A stretch of DNA of 63,025 nucleotides from Verrucomicrobiota bacterium. GTDB lineage: Bacteria > Verrucomicrobiota > Verrucomicrobiia > Limisphaerales > UBA1100. Numbering within the stretch: position 1 is the stretch's first letter; the number at the start of each line of letters is the position of its first letter. A model generated the notes under the pieces. That model ran no database searches and was not told the DNA's origin. It saw only the letters and a program-made list of their open reading frames with translations. This document shows, one piece after another, positions 37,881-47,169 of this stretch. The stretch covers positions 1 through 63,025 of the forward strand of contig JASLKQ010000005.1 of the NCBI GenBank assembly GCA_030747505.1. The letters are read 5' to 3'. The translations under genes and the position numbers were made by a program.

Positions 37881-40063
37881 GGTTTTGGTTTGAATTCGCG
37901 CACCCGTTTCTTAGCTTCAACAATATCATCCAACATCATATCATGTGACTTTTTCATCTCTGAACGTTCCAAGAATGCCACCTCCAAGCCGTGATTAAAG
38001 GCCAGCGTATACCATTTATACGATTCAATCGAATCTGGCTTCACCCCTCTGCCCTGGTCAAACCTTCTGGCTAATTCTAAATAAGCCGCGCCTTTCCCCT
38101 GATTGGCTTCTCTAATCAACTCCTCTAAATTGTCACTCTTTTGAACACCTGCGTTCTTTTTCTCAGGATCATACCGACCAAAAGCCACAAACTGACCCGC
38201 CTCATTTAACGCACGCCTAATATCGCTCGGTTCCATTTCCTTTTGAAGGTCGTTCAACACCGGACCCAATCCGGGAATCCCTCCTTTTTCGGCCAGCTTC
38301 AACCATTTAAACGCCTGTCGTTTATGGTCGATTTTATTAGGCAGCTTAGAAGGCACCACTCCTTTCCCTTCATAATATAATAAGCCCAAGGTTCGCTGTG
38401 CGAGGGCATCACCCTGCATAGCCCCGCGCCGAGCCCACTCGGCCGCCTTTGAAAGGTCCGGGGTATTTTCAAGGAACGATTGTGCATACATGGTTGCCAA
38501 AGAAGCTTCCGCTTGAGCATAGCTTTGATCAGCAGCTTTATGCATCCACTCTATGCCCAGTTTAAAGTTCTGTTTCACTCCTCCATCCCCCTGCCAATAA
38601 AGCTCTCCTAGATTAGCTTGAGCAGGGGCAAACCCTTTTTCAGCAGCTTTTCTCCACCAGTCAGCCGCCTTATCAGGCTTAACCTCCGGCAACTTGCCGG
38701 AAAAAGCTAATTTACCCAGTCGAGTCATCGCAAAAACATTACCCTTGTCAGCTGCTTTTTTGTACCACTGACCGCCTTCATTTATGTCCGGCTCTCCAAA
38801 TCCTCCAGAAACATACCTATCAGCCAAAGAGACCATGGCATCAACAAACCCCTTGTTTGCAGATTCCTTCAGCCGTTGTTCAGCTTTTTGAAACTCTCCC
38901 TGATCCGAATAAAATAATCCCAGGCTATACATTGCCTCTTCGTTCCCGGAATCAGCAACCTGCACCAAATTATCGAGCCTTAATGAGTTTTGGATACTAT
39001 TGGGTGCCCCTTCCAACCCCAGTGCAGTATTTTCCGTCACCGTTGTTTCCACCAATCTATATTCATTAACCCGTTTCAGTAGAGCCAATTGGTCCAGCGG
39101 ATCAATCTCATTTCGAACCTTATTGAGATGGTTTCTGGCATCTCCTTGAGCCCGCTTATCTTCAGTCCTTTCGGCAAGAGCCAACCAGACAAATGCCTCC
39201 TTGATATCTTTCTTCACTCCCGTTTCCTCTGAACCTACTGCACACATAATTCCAAGTAGAAACTGCGACCGGGCGTTCCCTTGTTTTGCAGCCTTTTGAA
39301 ACCACTCCAGAGCAGACTGTTTATCCGCCTTTAGGCCAAGCTTCCCTTCAGCCAGGGCATTCCCATACAGGGCCTGTGCGTTGATAAGGCCCATTTCTGC
39401 GGCCTGTTTAAGGTATCTAGCTGCATCCTTTTCAGAAACCAGCTGTTTGCCCGCGATGGAGTGCAACAGCCAAACATGAAACGCCGCATCAGCAAAACCG
39501 GCATCAGCAGACCGTTTGTACAGCTCCAAGGCTTTGACATTATCTTTGGGTGTGCCGAGCCCAAGGCGCATCATCTGCCCAGCCAAATAGGCCGCCCGAA
39601 CATGACCCCTGGCAGCTGCCAGGCGAAAATTTGAGAGTGCTTTCTTACCATCGGGATTAAAGCGGTTGGAATTAATCAAACCCAACTGATAGAGCTTTCC
39701 CATTTTGTAGAGCGCGTCGGTATTCTTTTTCTCCGCCAACTTCTGCAACTCTGGGATTGCCTTGTGAAGCAACCCAAACCCTGACTTTACGTCCTGACCT
39801 ATTCCCTGCCCCAAAAGCAACTGCACTGCATGCCGATATTGAGCCAGTGGATTTCCTTTCAAAGAAGCTACCAATGCATAATTGGCTGACTGCTCCAAAT
39901 CACGCTCCACCCCATCGGCCCAGTACAGAGCCTCGGCCAGATCATATGCCGCTTGGGCATCGCCCCCATCCGCCTTCTCCTGTAACGCCGTAAGTTTATC
40001 TGCAGCCCAAACGCCACACGGGAGAAAAAGGAAGACAATAATTAAACGAAATAATCCCATCAA
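37877..40063 (-). CDS. Secreted Sel1-like repeat protein (paralog of the downstream gene)
   Basis: Signal peptide; more than 10 Sel1 units; ATGA overlap with the next gene. Confidence 0.9.
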   Translation of the reverse strand: MMGLFRLIIVFLFLPCGVWAADKLTALQEKADGGDAQAAYDLAEALYWADGVERDLEQSANYALVASLKGNPLAQYRHAVQLLLGQGIGQDVKSGFGLLHKAIPELQKLAEKKNTDALYKMGKLYQLGLINSNRFNPDGKKALSNFRLAAARGHVRAAYLAGQMMRLGLGTPKDNVKALELYKRSADAGFADAAFHVWLLHSIAGKQLVSEKDAARYLKQAAEMGLINAQALYGNALAEGKLGLKADKQSALEWFQKAAKQGNARSQFLLGIMCAVGSEETGVKKDIKEAFVWLALAERTEDKRAQGDARNHLNKVRNEIDPLDQLALLKRVNEYRLVETTVTENTALGLEGAPNSIQNSLRLDNLVQVADSGNEEAMYSLGLFYSDQGEFQKAEQRLKESANKGFVDAMVSLADRYVSGGFGEPDINEGGQWYKKAADKGNVFAMTRLGKLAFSGKLPEVKPDKAADWWRKAAEKGFAPAQANLGELYWQGDGGVKQNFKLGIEWMHKAADQSYAQAEASLATMYAQSFLENTPDLSKAAEWARRGAMQGDALAQRTLGLLYYEGKGVVPSKLPNKIDHKRQAFKWLKLAEKGGIPGLGPVLNDLQKEMEPSDIRRALNEAGQFVAFGRYDPEKKNAGVQKSDNLEELIREANQGKGAAYLELARRFDQGRGVKPDSIESYKWYTLAFNHGLEVAFLERSEMKKSHDMMLDDIVEAKKRVREFKPKP

Positions 40064-40084
40064 TCTAACTTTCCAGATTGTGTT

Positions 40085-40993
40085 CTATCGATTCCTTCTC
40101 CCCGGCTCATATACGTGAATATCACGACGCAAATTTTCGATTTTAGTTTTCATTTGGGATTCAAATAATTTACCCCTGAGCTCTTCTTCAATCACCTTGT
40201 GCACCTCAGCTATCGGGATTTCATATTTATCCCATTTTTTCTCAACATAAATTAGATAATAAGCCTGCTTGTCAAAGGCCACTCCCACCTCTTTTGCATC
40301 CAAATCAAATATTGCATCGACTACGCTTTCGTTAAATTCAACATTCTGGTCATCCTTGTGAATGAGACCATTGTGCCCACTCAGCGGCTCCTTTCGTTTA
40401 TCGGCCAACTTCTTAAAACTGGCCAATGACTTTATCTCATTTTTCAATACTTGCACCTTGGCCAAACCTATCCCTTCTTCATCACGCGGGAAACGAATGG
40501 TATATAAATCTACCGTAACCCCTTTATCGTTCATATCTGGATGTTCACGATAATATTTTTTTATAGCTGCGGGTGAAACTTGAACAGCTTGACGCACCGT
40601 ACGATAGGCTTGTCTTATCAATTCTCGATCCAATAATTCCTGTTCAAATTGCCGCAAGGTTTTACCTTCTCGCCGCAGAGCTCGAAGCATCTCGTTTCGA
40701 TCGTTTCCGAATTGTTTCTTCAATGTGTTCTCCAATAGCCATTCTACTAGACCAGCTGGCTCAATCCATTGTTTGCTTCCCTTTATATTCATGACCAAAA
40801 GGGCATCGTACTCTAACCTTTTTTGTGCCTCTTCTCTGGATATTCTATTTCTTCTCGCTGCAATCTCAACGTCTCGTTGAGTGATAACTTTTTGCCCGCC
40901 CACTACAATATAAATAGAATTATCATTTACTGGTTGTGCCGAAACTGACTGACACAACAACAAACCTCCAAAAAACAAAGCAACCCTTCTCAT
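40085..40993 (-). CDS. SurA-like periplasmic chaperone / degenerate parvulin-type PPIase
   Basis: Signal peptide MRRVALFFGGLLLCQSVSA; VVGGQKVITQRDV, VSPAAIKKYY, F..LA and IEEELR...IENLR...HVY patterns. Confidence 0.65.
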   Translation of the reverse strand: MRRVALFFGGLLLCQSVSAQPVNDNSIYIVVGGQKVITQRDVEIAARRNRISREEAQKRLEYDALLVMNIKGSKQWIEPAGLVEWLLENTLKKQFGNDRNEMLRALRREGKTLRQFEQELLDRELIRQAYRTVRQAVQVSPAAIKKYYREHPDMNDKGVTVDLYTIRFPRDEEGIGLAKVQVLKNEIKSLASFKKLADKRKEPLSGHNGLIHKDDQNVEFNESVVDAIFDLDAKEVGVAFDKQAYYLIYVEKKWDKYEIPIAEVHKVIEEELRGKLFESQMKTKIENLRRDIHVYEPGRRNR

Positions 40994-41001
40994 AAGCGGG
41001 G

Positions 41002-41029
41002 AATCTAGTTGTGATGAGACGAATGTCAA
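41002..41029 (-). promoter_or_regulatory. sigma70-like promoter for the SurA-like gene, near-leaderless
   Basis: TTGACA-N16-TAGATT, ending 8 nt before ATG 40993. Confidence 0.55.
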
Positions 41030-41036
41030 GGGCAGC

Positions 41037-41357
41037 TCATTCACTTCCGGTCGTATTCATGTCGATCCAATGCAGGTACTTCTGACTGCCTTTATCAATT
41101 GGCCAAGCGACGAATTCAGGAGTGTCGTAAGGATGATGCTCTATCACGTAGGATTCCAAATCCGACATGTTGTCCTCAGGGGTTTTTAATATGAGTAAGA
41201 CCTCTTTTCCCCGGCAAATTTCTCCTTCCCACCAATAGTGTGATTCAACCCCCGACACGAGATTAGCACAGGCAGCCAATCTTCCTTCCAAGATACCTCC
41301 AGCCAATTCACGAGCAACTTCCATGTCGGGGGCAGTAACAAAGGCAATATAGTGCAT
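41037..41357 (-). CDS. cutA: Divalent-cation tolerance protein CutA
   Basis: VTAPD...LAACAN...SHYWWEG...LKT...HPYDTPE...YLHW. Confidence 0.93.
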   Translation of the reverse strand: MHYIAFVTAPDMEVARELAGGILEGRLAACANLVSGVESHYWWEGEICRGKEVLLILKTPEDNMSDLESYVIEHHPYDTPEFVAWPIDKGSQKYLHWIDMNTTGSE

Positions 41358-41414
41358 GGGTTACTTTCTATTTTGGCATTTAAAAAATCAACTCTCGTCC
41401 CTACCCTTCTGCCC

Positions 41415-42167
41415 ATGAACCAAATTGATCTCTCAGGCCGAAATGCGGTTGTCACCGGTGGTGCCCGCGGCATTGGTTATGCCATTAGTCAACGCCTGAT
41501 GCAGTCGGGCGCCAAAGTGAGCATCTGGGATGTGGATACTGCGGCGGCAACTGAGGCAAAAACAGGTCTTAGTGAATATGGCACGGTCGATACACAAACC
41601 GTTGAACTTACCGATGAAAACGCTGTGGCTTCCGCCACGGAATCCACCATCAACACACTCGGACACATCGATATTCTCTGCAACAATGCAGGCATTGCTG
41701 GAGGCATCTACAAAACGTGGGAATATCCGGTGGAGGAATTTCGGCGGGTCATTGATGTGGACCTTAATGCCGTATTCGTCTGTTGCCGCGCCGTGGTTCC
41801 TCATATGCGCAAACGCCAATACGGACGTATCATTAACACTGCCTCCATCGCGGGCAAGGAGGGCAATCCTGGAGCCAGCGCCTATAGCGCCGCCAAAGCG
41901 GGCGTGATTGGTCTCACCAAAAGCCTTGGCAAAGAATTGGCCCAGGATGGTATCTGCGTAAACTGTTTCACTCCCGCGGTCATCAACACCGACATCCTCA
42001 AGCAGATCACCCAGCAGCATATTGATTACATGCTCAGCAAAATACCAATGGGCCGATTTGGAGAAGTGGATGAGGCCGGTGCGCTGGTTGCGTGGCTGGC
42101 AAGTGAAGACTGCTCCTTTACCACCGGCGGCGTATTCGATCTTTCCGGTGGCCGAGCAACTTATTAA
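41415..42167 (+). CDS. SDR family NAD(P)-dependent oxidoreductase
   Basis: TGGARGIG, NNAG and YSAAK motifs; C-terminal FDLSGGRATY. Confidence 0.92.
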   Translation: MNQIDLSGRNAVVTGGARGIGYAISQRLMQSGAKVSIWDVDTAAATEAKTGLSEYGTVDTQTVELTDENAVASATESTINTLGHIDILCNNAGIAGGIYKTWEYPVEEFRRVIDVDLNAVFVCCRAVVPHMRKRQYGRIINTASIAGKEGNPGASAYSAAKAGVIGLTKSLGKELAQDGICVNCFTPAVINTDILKQITQQHIDYMLSKIPMGRFGEVDEAGALVAWLASEDCSFTTGGVFDLSGGRATY

Positions 42168-42177
42168 ACTCACTCTT

Positions 42178-42405
42178 ATGAACCCGTCCGAAGCCAGTGA
42201 GAAGATCAAGGGTCACTGTAAGACCATTGCCTTAGAGATGATGGACCTTAACCCAGCCATCAGCCATCTCGATGATGAGCAAACACAGGAGGCCCTCTTT
42301 GAAGCCAGTTATGAACTGACCAAGCAGTTGGAAGTCATCAAGAAACGAGTCATCAAGCTTGAACGAAGCAATGAACCCGGGGAGGATGCATCAACTGAAA
42401 CCTAA
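42178..42405 (+). CDS. Small helical hypothetical protein (75 aa)
   Basis: ATG 10 nt after the SDR stop; coiled-coil-like sequence fills the gap. Confidence 0.7.
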   Translation: MNPSEASEKIKGHCKTIALEMMDLNPAISHLDDEQTQEALFEASYELTKQLEVIKKRVIKLERSNEPGEDASTET

Positions 42406-42411
42406 ACCAAC

Positions 42412-43461
42412 TCACCACCCCAGCACTCGGGCAAAGATGAGTGGAGCAACGATGGTAGCGTCGCTTTCAATGACGAACTTAGGCGTGGCTTCCTCCAGTT
42501 TACCCCAGGTAATTTTCTCGTTGGGTACCGCACCCGAATAGCTGCCGTAACTGGTGGTGGAATCACTGATCTGGCAAAAATACGCCCAGCAGGGACACTC
42601 CAGACGCAAATCCTGATGAAGCATTGGCACAACACAGATCGGGAAATCCCCCGCGATCCCACCACCGATCTGAAAGAAACCCACTGAACTATCCTTTGGC
42701 TCACACGGCCCTACGTTCTCAATCAGGTTATCGGTGTCAGCCAAGGATGACGCCCTCTCTAGAACATTCTGGTTCATGGTTGTTTGCAGGTACCAATCGG
42801 CGAGCGCCCCCATGTATTCGGTCCCAGAGCGCACACATCCATAATCCAAATCACCCGCCAGGCAATGAGCTACAAAGATGTTGCCGAGCGTGGAATCCTC
42901 CCATCCCGGAACAAAAACCGGGAGGTTCTTTTCCATCGCGGCAATCAACCACGAGAGTTCCGGTTCTATCTGATAATATTCCTTTACTCGCCCCTCACGT
43001 AAAAGCCGATACAGATACTCGTGAGGAAAATATTGTTCACCTTTGCGGTGCGCTTCCTCCCATAAAGCAAATACTGCATGTTCAATGCGCCGCATCGCTT
43101 CTCCTTCCGGAATACAGGTATCAGTCACCCGGTTCATATGACGGTCCAGCAGTGCCTTTTCATCAGCTGGGGTCAAATCACGGTAATGCGGAACCCGTTC
43201 ATAATGGTCGTGTGCCACCAGGTTAAATATGTCCTCCTCGAGATTTGCCCCAGTACAGGTAATGGCATGAATTTTGTCCTGCCGAATCATTTCAGCAAGC
43301 GAGAGTCCCAACTCTGCAGTACTCATGGCGCCGGCAAGGGTCACCAACATTTTGCCGTCACTCTCAAGGTGAGATTGATAAGCCTGCGCCGCGTCCACCA
43401 ACGAAACCGCGTTGAAGTGGCGATAGTGATGGTCAATAAACCGACTGATTGGACCGCTCAT
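42412..43461 (-). CDS. Deoxyhypusine synthase family protein (possible homospermidine synthase)
   Basis: LAGAMSTAELG, CTGANLEED, PGWEDSTLGN, IGGGIAGD, YSGAVPNEKITWGK and ESDATIVAPL motifs. Confidence 0.9.
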   Translation of the reverse strand: MSGPISRFIDHHYRHFNAVSLVDAAQAYQSHLESDGKMLVTLAGAMSTAELGLSLAEMIRQDKIHAITCTGANLEEDIFNLVAHDHYERVPHYRDLTPADEKALLDRHMNRVTDTCIPEGEAMRRIEHAVFALWEEAHRKGEQYFPHEYLYRLLREGRVKEYYQIEPELSWLIAAMEKNLPVFVPGWEDSTLGNIFVAHCLAGDLDYGCVRSGTEYMGALADWYLQTTMNQNVLERASSLADTDNLIENVGPCEPKDSSVGFFQIGGGIAGDFPICVVPMLHQDLRLECPCWAYFCQISDSTTSYGSYSGAVPNEKITWGKLEEATPKFVIESDATIVAPLIFARVLGW

Positions 43462-43470
43462 GGTACGGAT

Positions 43471-44697
43471 TTAGTTTTCAACAGGAAAAAAAGCATCATG
43501 CAGCTGTTGCGTAGCCGTTTTGCCTTTCTCCAATTCCACAACAACCGATATCTTGATTTCACTGGTGGAAATCATTTCAATATTAATCCTACCGGCAGCT
43601 AGTGTTTCAAAAACTTTGGCCGCAATTCCCGAATGCGTACGCATTCCCACCCCTACTACAGAAACTTTTGCAATATCCTCATCGGAGATCACCTCAGCAA
43701 ACTCAATTTCCTTTCTTAATCCCTCAATCACCTTGAGCGCCTTGAGCAAATCCGGCTTATCTGTCGTAAAGGATATGTCCGTCGCCGGAGTAGCCGAACC
43801 ATGACTGATATTCTGCACGATCATGTCCACATTAATCGCTCCGACAGCCAATGCACTGAAGATTCGCGCGGCCATCCCCGGGGTATCGGGCACTCTTACC
43901 AAAGTCACCTTCGCTTGATTCTCGTCCAACGATACGCCGCGTACAACGACGTCCTCCATGCTGTCAGTTTCTTCTTTCACAATCGTTCCGGGATTATTAT
44001 TTAGACTCGAGCGCACCTCAAACCTTACATTATATTTCTTAGCGAACTCCACCGAACGACTTTGCATCACTCGAGCCCCAAGGCTCGAAAGTTCGATCAT
44101 CTCATCATACGAGATTTCATCCAACTTTTTAGCCTTAGATACAACGCGCGGATCAGTGGTATACACTCCATCTACATCCGTATATATCTGACATAAATCA
44201 GCCTCCAAGGCTGACGCTAACGCAATCGCTGTCAGGTCCGATCCGCCACGTCCCAATGTGGTGATGCGCCCATCGGGTGACATACCCTGAAAACCTGCCA
44301 CAATAACCACATTCCCTTCATCCAGCATGTTGTACACCTGCTTTGGAGAAATATTTTTGATCTTCGCCTTGGCATGCACCTCATCAGTCATAATGCCCGC
44401 CTGCGGTCCGGTCAGTGATACCGCCTCCAGATCAAGCGAATGCAGGGCCATTGCTAGAAGCGCTATGGTTGTCTGCTCTCCGGTGGCCAACAACATGTCC
44501 ATTTCTCGTTCACTGGGCACTTGATTAATCTCACTAGCCAGTCGGATCAAGTTATCGGTTCCTCCCCCCATGGCAGAAACCACAACCACGATCTGGTCCC
44601 CTTTTTGGCGGTATTCAGCCACCCGCTTGGCCACATTCTTGATACGATCAGTATCCTTAACAGAGGACCCACCATATTTCTGGACAATCAATGCCAT
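43471..44697 (-). CDS. lysC: Aspartate kinase
   Basis: MALIVQKYGGSSV, TLGRGGSD and TDVDGVYTTDPR motifs, two ACT domains. Confidence 0.97.
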   Translation of the reverse strand: MALIVQKYGGSSVKDTDRIKNVAKRVAEYRQKGDQIVVVVSAMGGGTDNLIRLASEINQVPSEREMDMLLATGEQTTIALLAMALHSLDLEAVSLTGPQAGIMTDEVHAKAKIKNISPKQVYNMLDEGNVVIVAGFQGMSPDGRITTLGRGGSDLTAIALASALEADLCQIYTDVDGVYTTDPRVVSKAKKLDEISYDEMIELSSLGARVMQSRSVEFAKKYNVRFEVRSSLNNNPGTIVKEETDSMEDVVVRGVSLDENQAKVTLVRVPDTPGMAARIFSALAVGAINVDMIVQNISHGSATPATDISFTTDKPDLLKALKVIEGLRKEIEFAEVISDEDIAKVSVVGVGMRTHSGIAAKVFETLAAGRINIEMISTSEIKISVVVELEKGKTATQQLHDAFFPVEN

Positions 44698-44698
44698 A

Positions 44699-45781
44699 TC
44701 ACAATCCCATTGCCGTCTTGACAGCCTCCAAATCAACCGGCACCACTTTCGCTTCAGAGTTGGCGTAGGTAACCGCACTATCGGGATCCTTCAATCCGTG
44801 ACCTGTCATCGTAGCGACGACGATACTCCCTTCATCAATCCCACCCGCAGCAGAAACCTTGATAATTCCTGCAAGTGCAGCAGCACTCGCCGGCTCCACA
44901 AAAACTCCCTCACTGGAGGCGAGTTGTTTGTATGCAGAAACAATTTGTTCATCAGTAACCTTATCAATTTTGCCACCTGAAAATTGGACTGCCGCTTTGG
45001 CTCCCTGCCAACTGGCGGGGTTGCCGATACGAATAGCACTGGCAACCGTCTCTGGATTGGTCACCGGATCACCTCCCACTATGGGAGCCGCTCCCGCTGC
45101 CTGAAAACCCATCATTCGCGGCAGTGTATCGCTCTTGGCGGCCTCTTCGTATTGCTGATAACCTTTCCAGTATGCAGTAATATTACCGGCGTTCCCAACG
45201 GGTAAAAAATGGAAATCAGGTGCATCTCCCAAGGCATCACAAACCTCAAAGGCGGCAGTCTTTTGCCCTTCAATCCGAACAGGGTTAATACTGTTCACCA
45301 CTTCGACCCCTTTCGTTTCACCCAGCCCACGTACAATATCCAAAGCCTGATCAAAATTACCCTGTATCTGAAGGGTTTGAGCCCCGTACATCAAAGACTG
45401 AGCCAACTTACCCAGGGCAATATTCCCTTCTGGAATGAGCACAACACACTGCATACCCGCCCGCGCTGCATAAGCTGCTGCTGCTGCTGAAGTGTTCCCC
45501 GTACTGGCGCAAACCACCACCTGAGCACCCCGCTCCTTGGCCTTTGATACAGCCAGTGTCATACCTCGATCCTTGAAAGAACAGGTCGGGTTGACCCCCT
45601 CGTATTTGAGATAAAGGTCGAACTCACCGGCAATAGCTTTCACAAAATCTGGCACCCTCACCAACGGGGTATTGCCTTCGAGCAAAGTCACTACCGGCGT
45701 CGCATCACTTACGGGCAACTGATCGCGATACCTATCAATCACTCCACGCCAGCCGGCTGTATTTTGCACGCCCTGACTCAA
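44699..45781 (-). CDS. thrC: Threonine synthase
   Basis: NPTCSFKDRG, ASTGNTS, PVGNAGN and TGHGLKD motifs. Confidence 0.96.
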   Translation of the reverse strand: MSQGVQNTAGWRGVIDRYRDQLPVSDATPVVTLLEGNTPLVRVPDFVKAIAGEFDLYLKYEGVNPTCSFKDRGMTLAVSKAKERGAQVVVCASTGNTSAAAAAYAARAGMQCVVLIPEGNIALGKLAQSLMYGAQTLQIQGNFDQALDIVRGLGETKGVEVVNSINPVRIEGQKTAAFEVCDALGDAPDFHFLPVGNAGNITAYWKGYQQYEEAAKSDTLPRMMGFQAAGAAPIVGGDPVTNPETVASAIRIGNPASWQGAKAAVQFSGGKIDKVTDEQIVSAYKQLASSEGVFVEPASAAALAGIIKVSAAGGIDEGSIVVATMTGHGLKDPDSAVTYANSEAKVVPVDLEAVKTAMGL

Positions 45782-47079
45782 TCCAAGCTCTCCACCCGGA
45801 TCATCACCGGTTTAGTCTTCACTGAAGACAATTTCTCAATCGATTTCAACGCCTTAGTCATGGCTAAATTCTTCGCGTAATGAAGCATAAGAATGAGCGG
45901 TACACTTTTGCCCTCATGTCCTTCTGGCTGGGTAACAGAGGAAATACCAATTTTATTCTTGGCTAAAACAGCCGACACCTTCGCCAACACACCCGGTCGA
46001 TCGAGCACGGACAACCGAAGATAATAACAGCAAGTCGTTTCACCAATTTGACGGACTGCTCCATTGGACTCATGGGGAATAAATGCCTTTAAACGGTCGG
46101 TCGCCCCGTGCTTGAGGTCCAATACTGCATCTCCAATATCACTTAAAACAGCGCTGGCCGTAGCATCCGGACCCGCCCCCTGACCGTAATGCAAGGTATC
46201 ACCCACCACATCACCTCTTACAAGGATGCCATTATAAACGTCGCTTACATTGGCAAGTACATGATCATCAGGAATCAGTGCCGGATACATACTCACTTGA
46301 ATCGAGCCGGCGCGAGAGATTTTTACTATCCCCAATAGCTTGATGGCGTAACCCAACTTACCGGCAAACTCCAAATCCATCGGACAGATGTGAGTAATCC
46401 CTTCAGTAAACACTTCCCCGGGTTTCACCCAAAATCCATGTGCCAAAGAGGCCAGAATACCCACTTTATGTGCCGCATCATGGCCATCAATATCGAGACT
46501 TGGATCAGCCTCAGCATATCCCTGTTGTTGGGCAAGCTTCACCGCGGCGGAAAATTCCATCCCCTCGTTCATCTTGGTGAGGATAAAATTACAGGTCCCA
46601 TTAAGGATGCCGTATAGGTGGGTAACACGATTCCCCGCCAACGCCTCACGGATCACTTTAATGATCGGGACCCCTCCCGCTACACTGGCTTCGTAATACA
46701 GATTAGCGCCGGACTTTTCTGCTGCGGCAAACAGTTTCTCCCCATAAAAAGCCAACAGCGCCTTGTTTGCGGTCACCACAGGCTTTCCCTCACGCAGGGC
46801 CGCCAATACCACGTCTTTGGCAATCGTCGTCCCTCCGATAAGCTCCACCACCAAATCAACCTTGGGATCATTAACCACACTCTTCCAATCGGCAGTCAAA
46901 ACCCCTTTAGACACCTTAAAATCACGCTTTTTCTTTAGGCTACGAACAGCCACCCGCTCTACGCGTAGGCGCAGACCAAGCCGTGATGCCATTAATGCAC
47001 CGTTCCGGCGTAAAGCCTGCAAAACACCCCCACCAACGGTGCCGGCACCAATCAGGCCAATATTGACTGTACGCGTCAT
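45778..47079 (-). CDS. hom: Homoserine dehydrogenase (with ACT domain)
   Basis: GAGTVG, TANKA, YEASVAGGVP, GILNGT and GYAEADP motifs; start MTRTVNIG at 47079. Confidence 0.96.
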   Translation of the reverse strand: MTRTVNIGLIGAGTVGGGVLQALRRNGALMASRLGLRLRVERVAVRSLKKKRDFKVSKGVLTADWKSVVNDPKVDLVVELIGGTTIAKDVVLAALREGKPVVTANKALLAFYGEKLFAAAEKSGANLYYEASVAGGVPIIKVIREALAGNRVTHLYGILNGTCNFILTKMNEGMEFSAAVKLAQQQGYAEADPSLDIDGHDAAHKVGILASLAHGFWVKPGEVFTEGITHICPMDLEFAGKLGYAIKLLGIVKISRAGSIQVSMYPALIPDDHVLANVSDVYNGILVRGDVVGDTLHYGQGAGPDATASAVLSDIGDAVLDLKHGATDRLKAFIPHESNGAVRQIGETTCCYYLRLSVLDRPGVLAKVSAVLAKNKIGISSVTQPEGHEGKSVPLILMLHYAKNLAMTKALKSIEKLSSVKTKPVMIRVESLD

Positions 47080-47169
47080 AAAATGGGGCGGGACTATGGC
47101 CATAAAACCCCAACTACTCAAGATTTTTGCCCTTTTTAACAGGTGCATTGCCCCCCATACTCCCCGCCT

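Noticed and set aside
25896-41357. Reading the P1B-ATPase plus cutA as a metal-resistance island
   Set aside because: The genes are more than 13 kb apart in different units, with no metal regulator or mobility genes, and the ATPase lacks metal ligands.
41433-42209. 258-aa antisense ORF over the SDR gene, and the other antisense/overlapping ORFs in the track
   Set aside because: They lie fully within well-supported genes and show no motifs; long antisense frames are common opposite SDRs.
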